12,626 bases of DNA, from assembly GCA_037441385.1 (NCBI GenBank), contig JBBISH010000156.1, positions 1 through 12,626 of the forward strand, written 5' to 3'. This DNA comes from Myxococcales bacterium. Lineage in GTDB: Bacteria; Myxococcota_A; UBA9042. Shown here one piece after another: positions 7,175 to 12,626 of this stretch (its first letter is position 1; each line of letters starts with the position of its first letter). Below the pieces are notes generated by a model. It was not told the DNA's origin and ran no database searches. It saw nothing but the letters and a program-made list of their open reading frames with translations. Position numbers and translations under genes: made by a program.

Positions 7175-8527
7175 CTACGCCGCAGGTGCGGCAGCATTAG
7201 CCGGCGAATTCTTGCCCGTTTCGATGACTTTCTTCAAGGCCACGATGAGTAGCGGCCCCACCAAGGTCATGACGCCGATGACGAGCCACATGAGCTCGGG
7301 TTGGCGCGGGCCGCTCGCTGGGCACCAGGTCGACAGCATCCAACCCGACAGCCAACCGACGACCAATTTGGCCATGAACATAGGTACTTGTGAAAGGCCC
7401 ATGTACGATGCCTCGCGGCCAGGGGGCGCCACCGTCGCCGTGTATTCGTACAGGCGCGGCGACCAGATGCACTCGCCCAGCGACAACACCGCCACAAACG
7501 CAAGCTGGGCCGTCACCGACGACGACAACGCCAAGAAGAACACCGACGAGGTGCTGAGCAGTGCGCCGCCGACGATGCACCAAAACGCGGGCAACCTGCG
7601 GGTCAGCGCCGTGACCAGTGGCGTGAGCACGATGACCATCGCCGGGTTGATCGACCAGTAAAACGCGAAGTTGAAGTCGGGCCCGATCACGCGCTGGGTG
7701 TATTTGGGCCAGGTCTGATGGGCGTGGTTGAAGATGAGGCGCACGAGCACGAGCAGGCTGACGAACAACATGAAGCGCCAAAAGGTCGACTCGCGGCCGA
7801 CCTCGCGCAAGATCGCGATGGGACTAGGCTTCTTGGCCGCGCTTTGGCTGGGTGGCGCGTCTGGGCTCAGGGTGGAGCTCAGCAGGGCGGCGCCGAGCGT
7901 CACCGCGGCCGCGATCGAGAACACCAACTGGCTGCTGGTCAAGTGGATCGTGCGGCCGGTCAAGTCGACGTCGATGCCGCCGCGCAACCACTGGCGCAGT
8001 GCGCCGATCATCATGGGGGCGACCAGGGCGCCCAGGTTCATGATCACGTAGAACAGCGAAAAGCCAAAGGCGACCGTGTCTTTGTTGGTATAGCGCCGCA
8101 CGCCCGCCGTCATGGTGGGGATCATCGACGCCACACCCCACACCGAGATGGCGAGGCCGATGAGGGGGACCACCGGGTCGTGAAAAATGGCCATGATGGT
8201 GCGACCGATCAGGACCGAGACCACTGCCCAGGTCAGGGCGCGCTTGCTGCCGATGCTGTCGGCGATAAAGCCGGTAAAGAAGGCCACGACCGAGTTGGCG
8301 GTGGTCCAGATGCCAAAGATAACGCCTGCTTGCTTGTCGCTGTAGCCCAGATCTTCGCTCAGGTAGACGGCGAGCAGGTTGTAGATGGCAAAGTCGGCGA
8401 CACTTTCGAGAAATTTGAGGGCATACAGCAGCCACAGCTCGCGCGGGCCGCGGAGCAGGGCGCCCAGATCGTGGCGCAGCCGCACGCCAAAGGGGCGGTC
8501 ATCGTTTACGGGGGGCGCGCTGGCCAT
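7175..8527 (-). CDS. MFS transporter, POT/PTR (oligopeptide:H+ symporter)-like, ~450 aa
   Basis: About 12 hydrophobic segments; MFS loop motif GFIADSIGSKR; PTR-like FGFSLFYVIMNLGAL, SINP and LGECIWSP...APPGREASYMG. Start ATG 8527 is inferred (alternative TTG 8539). Confidence 0.88.
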   Translation of the reverse strand: MASAPPVNDDRPFGVRLRHDLGALLRGPRELWLLYALKFLESVADFAIYNLLAVYLSEDLGYSDKQAGVIFGIWTTANSVVAFFTGFIADSIGSKRALTWAVVSVLIGRTIMAIFHDPVVPLIGLAISVWGVASMIPTMTAGVRRYTNKDTVAFGFSLFYVIMNLGALVAPMMIGALRQWLRGGIDVDLTGRTIHLTSSQLVFSIAAAVTLGAALLSSTLSPDAPPSQSAAKKPSPIAILREVGRESTFWRFMLFVSLLVLVRLIFNHAHQTWPKYTQRVIGPDFNFAFYWSINPAMVIVLTPLVTALTRRLPAFWCIVGGALLSTSSVFFLALSSSVTAQLAFVAVLSLGECIWSPRLYEYTATVAPPGREASYMGLSQVPMFMAKLVVGWLSGWMLSTWCPASGPRQPELMWLVIGVMTLVGPLLIVALKKVIETGKNSPANAAAPAA

Positions 8528-8569
8528 GGGGTCTCGCAAGGGCGCGCCGCGGCGCGGGAGACGTGCTTC

Positions 8570-8598
8570 TTGACACAGCCCGGCCCCAGCGGCAAGGT
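8570..8598 (+). promoter_or_regulatory. Candidate sigma70-type promoter for the TPR/TPR-kinase pair
   Basis: Perfect TTGACA (8570-8575), 17 nt, weak -10 CAAGGT (8593-8598); RBS GAGGTG at 8611-8616 before ATG 8622. Confidence 0.4.
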
Positions 8599-8621
8599 CG
8601 CGGCGGCTGCGAGGTGTCCAA

Positions 8622-9899
8622 ATGCCGCTAGACCCTGCCCAAAATCCCCAAGACGCCGCCGAGGCGCCCGCCGAATTTGCCGCGGCCCTGCAGGGGGCGA
8701 TGGCCCTGGCGGCCGACGGCCACTATGACCGCGCCGCCGAACAGTTGCGCGCGCTGCTGCTGGACCCCGCCGCCGCCGACCCCGAGCTGGGCGCGCTGCT
8801 GGCCAGCCACTTGGCCGAGCTCTTGGCCGCCTTGGGGCAGCCCGCCGAAGCCCGGCAAGTGTTGGGCAAGTACCTGGCCATGGACCTGGATGTGCCTGTG
8901 AGGGCGCGGCTTTTGTGCCAAGCGGCCACCGTCGAGTCCGAGCCGCGGGTGGCCATCGCCTTTGCCGCCGAGGCCGACCGTCTGGCCACGGCGCTGACCG
9001 ATCCGCGACCGCGCGTGGCGACCTTGCAGGTGCTGCTGACGCTGCTGGTGGCGGGGGGCCACGCTCAAGGCGTGCGGATCGTCGGCCAAGGGCTCGTCGA
9101 CCAAGGGCATTTGGCGGGCGACCGCGCCGCCCAGGTGCAGGGGGCCTGTGTGCTGGCCGAGCAGGCCGAGAAGGACGGCGACCGCGGTCAAGCACTGGAA
9201 TTTGCTAGACAAGCCCATGGAACGGGCCAGCTTTTGCCGCCGGAGCAGGGGGCACTGCGCGCGGCGGCCGCCGGCTTGCGGGCGCGTCTGGCGGTACAGG
9301 GCGGTCACTTCGTCGAGGCGATCGAGGCGAGCGATCTGGGCCTGGGCGATCTGGCCTGGGGCGATGGGCAGGGCGACGACCTGCGGTTGTGGCGTGCGCT
9401 GGCTCAGCTGGGCCTGGATCCCGAAAACCCAAGCGTTGCCGCGGAATTGCGTGACCTCGCGCGCCGCACTCGGCCGGAGCTGGCCGGACTGGCGCAGGCG
9501 GCCCTGGACGCCATGCAGGCCGAGCAGGAGCCCACCTTGACGCTGGCCGATGCCGCGCTGTGGATCGCCGAAGCCCAGGCCAAGGGCGACCCCCACCGCG
9601 AGCTGCAAGGCCGGCTGGCTCGCGCGCAAGCCGCGCTGGCGCAAGAGCGAATCGACGAAGCCCGCCAGGACGCACGCATCGCCGCCCAGCTTGCGGCCGA
9701 GCTGCTGCAGCCGGTGGCCCACGCCCAGGCGCGGCGGGTGGTTGCGCAAGTCTTGACAGCGCAAGGACTTTATCCGCAGGCCCGCGCCGAGTTGACCGCC
9801 GCCCAGGATCTGGCCGCGCGCCTGGGTGTCGAGCGGGTCGCAGCGGCCTGCCAAGAGTGGCTGGCCCACGTCGACGAGGCCGAACGTGCATCCCGCTGA
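8622..9899 (+). CDS. TPR-like all-helical repeat protein, 425 aa
   Basis: Repeated TPR-like units (DGHYDRAAEQL, LGQPAEARQVL, DGDRGQALEFA, GGHFVEAIEA, QGLYPQARAEL); strong RBS; no signal peptide or catalytic motif seen. Confidence 0.85.
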   Translation: MPLDPAQNPQDAAEAPAEFAAALQGAMALAADGHYDRAAEQLRALLLDPAAADPELGALLASHLAELLAALGQPAEARQVLGKYLAMDLDVPVRARLLCQAATVESEPRVAIAFAAEADRLATALTDPRPRVATLQVLLTLLVAGGHAQGVRIVGQGLVDQGHLAGDRAAQVQGACVLAEQAEKDGDRGQALEFARQAHGTGQLLPPEQGALRAAAAGLRARLAVQGGHFVEAIEASDLGLGDLAWGDGQGDDLRLWRALAQLGLDPENPSVAAELRDLARRTRPELAGLAQAALDAMQAEQEPTLTLADAALWIAEAQAKGDPHRELQGRLARAQAALAQERIDEARQDARIAAQLAAELLQPVAHAQARRVVAQVLTAQGLYPQARAELTAAQDLAARLGVERVAAACQEWLAHVDEAERASR

Positions 9900-12000
9900 C
9901 CGCATCCGCCTGGCCCTACAAGCGGGCGATTTGCCTGGGGCGCGCACCGCGGCGTTGGCTGGACTGGCGCGGGCCGATGCGGACCCGGCCGCCCTGCACG
10001 CGCTCATCGGCAAGCTCGCGCTGGCCATGGACGATCTGCAGGGCGCGCGCGACCACCTGGAGGCGGCGGTCGAGCGGGGCATCGACGACCCCGCCGCCTG
10101 GATGGCGCTGGCGCAACTGCCCGGAACTCGGGCCGATCGACGGGCGCAACTGCTGGCCCGCTCGGCGCGACATCCGCACGGGGGCGGGCGACCGGCGCTG
10201 CTGTTGGCCCAGGACTTTCTGGCCGCAGGGCGCGGCGACGATGCCCTGACATGGCTGGCCGAAGCGACCGACGATCCGGCGACCGCGGCCGAGGCGTGGG
10301 CGCAACTGGTCGACGCGGCTAGCGATTTGGGGCGGCTCGACGTCGCCGAAGAGGCGCTGCAAGGTCTTTTGGATCTGCAGCCCGCCGCTCCGATCGGCTG
10401 GGTTCTGGCGGCCACCCAACGGCTGGCCCCGCAGTTGGGCGAAAGTGCAGCCGTGGACCTGGCCCTGGACACGCTGGAACGGGCCGGCGCCGACCCAGCC
10501 GCACTGGCCGCGCTGCGGGCGGTGCGTTTTGTCGCGCTGCGCTTGCCCCAAGCGGCGCTGCTGGCAGCGGAACACGCGGTGCAATTGCAGCCGCAGGTCC
10601 AGGAATTTCAGCAGCTGCTGGGCGAAGCGCTGCTGCTATGTGGCCAGACCGACCGGGCGGCGGCGGTCCTGGATCCGCTTGTGCAGCGCAAGGTGTTGGC
10701 GCCCAGCACACTGCTGGCGTGGGCCGATGCGCTCACTCGCCGCGGCCAAGCCGACCGGGCCTTGCCGGTGTTGGATTCGCTGTTGGTGCGTTCGCCCGAA
10801 CATGCCGGTGCTTGGCTAGAAAAGGCCCGTGTATGCGCCGAGTTGGGTAAGGACGACCTGGCCGAGGTGGCGCTGCAGCGGGCCATGGCTCTGGACGGTC
10901 GCGTCGACGCCCAGGCGGGCAAGGCTACCGCAGCCGTGCGGCAGATTCTGGACCAAGTGCCGCAGGTTCTTGCCCAAGTCACGGCAGGGGACGACTGGCA
11001 CGTGACGCGGTTGCGGATGGGGCACAACGCGCTGCTCGCTCAACTGCGCCAGGCGGGCGCCGCCGACCTGTACACCAAGTGCTATCTGCCTGGCCGCCGC
11101 GGCCAAGACCACGTCGAGACGACCGCCGCATTGGAAGAAGCGCTGTCCAAACAGGCGGATCTGGGTCTGGCCGTGCCGGCTGTCCTGCGCGATCGCCAGG
11201 GTCATGCGGCGCTGGCCTGCGGCGGCGGGTTTGCGGTCGTGCAGCGGGCGATCGACGGTCAGTCGCTGCGGCAAACGCTGAGCGATCCCCACCAGCAGCT
11301 GGAGCCCGCGCAGGCTCTGGCCATGGGCGCGGCCTTGGCCAAGCTGCATCAGGGGTTGCGGCGCATCACCGACTGGCGCCGGCCGCCGCACGGTTTGTCC
11401 AGCGCGGTGCTACCCCTGCTGCGCCTGCAGCAAAACCCCAGCCAATGGCTGGCCTTGCGTGCCCAGCTGGGCCTGTTCGACCAGGGCGAGGCCTTGGGCG
11501 ACCAACTGCAGGCCCTGCTGGAGCCGTGGCTGAGCAAGCTGGCTGAAACGCTTCAGGACCGCCCGCGGGGGATCGCCCACGGCGACTTCGGCTGGCACAA
11601 CCTGCAGTGGCAGTGGGACGGTCGCCAGGCCCTGGTCACCGGGGTCCTGGACTTTGACTACGCGGCGTGGGACGACCCGGCCAGCGACTTGGCGCAGGCC
11701 ATCTGCCGAACATCGGCCAACTGGAAGCGCTTGACCACGCACCAAGATCCGGCGCCGCGGCCCGAGCTGGCGCGGGCGCTGCGGCAGGGCTATCTCCACA
11801 ACGGCGGTGCCGATCCCGGCGACGCGGGTTTGGCGGCCTTCCTGATGGGGACCCGCGCGGCCTACGGAATCTCGCTAGCTTTGGCGGGGTTGCAAGACGC
11901 GCCGGCGGCGCCGCAGCTGTATGGGCCAGCCCTGGACTCGATCCAGGTTCTGCTGTTGCAGTTGCGGTGGCTGGATCAGCACATCGGCGAGCTGATCTGA
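9886..12000 (+). CDS. TPR + aminoglycoside phosphotransferase/choline kinase-like (APH) fusion, ~704 aa
   Basis: N-terminal ~350 aa TPR-like (e.g. PEHAGAWLEKARVCAELGKDDLAEVALQRAMALD). The C-terminal kinase fold has LYTKCY (ATP Lys), VPAVL, LAKLH, Brenner motif HGDFGWHN (11578-11601), DFD (11650-11658) and DLA. In-frame GTG at 9886 follows GAGG and overlaps the upstream stop by 14 nt; the start is inferred. Confidence 0.88.
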   Translation: MHPADRIRLALQAGDLPGARTAALAGLARADADPAALHALIGKLALAMDDLQGARDHLEAAVERGIDDPAAWMALAQLPGTRADRRAQLLARSARHPHGGGRPALLLAQDFLAAGRGDDALTWLAEATDDPATAAEAWAQLVDAASDLGRLDVAEEALQGLLDLQPAAPIGWVLAATQRLAPQLGESAAVDLALDTLERAGADPAALAALRAVRFVALRLPQAALLAAEHAVQLQPQVQEFQQLLGEALLLCGQTDRAAAVLDPLVQRKVLAPSTLLAWADALTRRGQADRALPVLDSLLVRSPEHAGAWLEKARVCAELGKDDLAEVALQRAMALDGRVDAQAGKATAAVRQILDQVPQVLAQVTAGDDWHVTRLRMGHNALLAQLRQAGAADLYTKCYLPGRRGQDHVETTAALEEALSKQADLGLAVPAVLRDRQGHAALACGGGFAVVQRAIDGQSLRQTLSDPHQQLEPAQALAMGAALAKLHQGLRRITDWRRPPHGLSSAVLPLLRLQQNPSQWLALRAQLGLFDQGEALGDQLQALLEPWLSKLAETLQDRPRGIAHGDFGWHNLQWQWDGRQALVTGVLDFDYAAWDDPASDLAQAICRTSANWKRLTTHQDPAPRPELARALRQGYLHNGGADPGDAGLAAFLMGTRAAYGISLALAGLQDAPAAPQLYGPALDSIQVLLLQLRWLDQHIGELI

Positions 12001-12010
12001 CGAGAGTTCG

Positions 12011-12626
12011 CTACACGCCGCGATCCACATCCGGCCAGATCACTTTGTGCAGCTGCACTTGCATCCGGCCCGGAGCGCGCTCTGCCAGCAGCCACGCCGC
12101 CAGATCCGCAAGTGGGACATTTTGCCACACTGCGCTCCACAGCACAGTCGCCGCCACGCCGGCCAGCTCGCCGCGCAGCCGCTGCAGCGCCCAGTCAAAG
12201 TCGGCGCGGCTGGCCACCACGATCTTCAGCTCGTCTTGGGGGCGCAATTGCGCCAAATCCACCAGCAGGTTGCGGTGCGACTCGGCCGAGCCGGGACACT
12301 TGAGGTCGGCGATGACCTTGACCCGCGGGTCCAGGTCGCGCCACGGGTACGCGCCGCTCGTCTCGAGCAGCACCTCGAAGCCGCGCTCGCACAGGGCTTG
12401 CAAGAGCGCGGGCGTCGGCTTTTGTGCCAGCGGCTCGCCACCGGTCACTTCGACCAAGGGCACGCCCAAGTCATGAACCTGTTGACAAATTTCGTCGATC
12501 GACCGCCGTTCGCCGGCAGCAAAACTGTACTCGGTGTCGCACCAGGTGCAGCGCAGGGGGCAGCCGGCCAACCGCACGAACACGCACGGCCGGCCCGCGT
12601 GGGTCGATTCGCCTTGAAGGGATGCG
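12011..12626 (-). CDS. queE: 7-carboxy-7-deazaguanine synthase QueE (radical SAM), 5' end outside window
   Basis: The frame stays open to the window edge: SLQGESTHAGRPCVFVRLAGCPLRCTWCDT (CxxxCxxC), VTGGEPL, LETSG, DLKCPGS, and C-terminal QLHKVIW. Confidence 0.93.
   Translation of the reverse strand, partial: ASLQGESTHAGRPCVFVRLAGCPLRCTWCDTEYSFAAGERRSIDEICQQVHDLGVPLVEVTGGEPLAQKPTPALLQALCERGFEVLLETSGAYPWRDLDPRVKVIADLKCPGSAESHRNLLVDLAQLRPQDELKIVVASRADFDWALQRLRGELAGVAATVLWSAVWQNVPLADLAAWLLAERAPGRMQVQLHKVIWPDVDRGV

Noticed and set aside
4363..7200. 945-aa plus-strand ORF and similar long ORFs (2807..4168, 7718..8728, 8628..10472, 91..1527, 5816..7111)
   Set aside because: These are antisense or off-frame shadows of well-supported genes, expected in high-GC DNA, with low-complexity translations and no motifs.
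12011..12626. queE as part of a 7-deazaguanine DNA-modification (dpd) system linked to the kinase pair
   Set aside because: It is convergent to the pair, looks like ordinary housekeeping QueE, and no dpdA/tgt-like gene is visible; upstream context lies outside the window.

Overview
High-GC bacterial window; the gene content suggests Myxococcota or a related deltaproteobacterial lineage (inference). In order: the 3' end and right terminus of an IS5-family (IS1031-like) element; copy 1 of a ~130-nt structured intergenic repeat; a conserved helical-repeat hypothetical gene (-); a divergent small secreted CxxC protein (+); copy 2 of the repeat; four co-oriented minus-strand genes (stand-alone PAAR, secreted TPR/coiled-coil/beta-barrel-like protein, large metzincin metalloprotease, POT/PTR-like MFS transporter); a divergent, overlapping pair of a TPR-like protein and a TPR + APH-type kinase fusion (+); and a 5'-truncated queE (-). 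The main signal not explained by genes is the repeat pair at 191-322 and 2205-2330. Its core is about 86% identical by hand alignment, it keeps its stem pairing despite substitutions around an invariant GAACGGGTCA loop, and the IS ends exactly at the left edge of copy 1. Protein family calls come from motif recognition by eye; no database searches were run.
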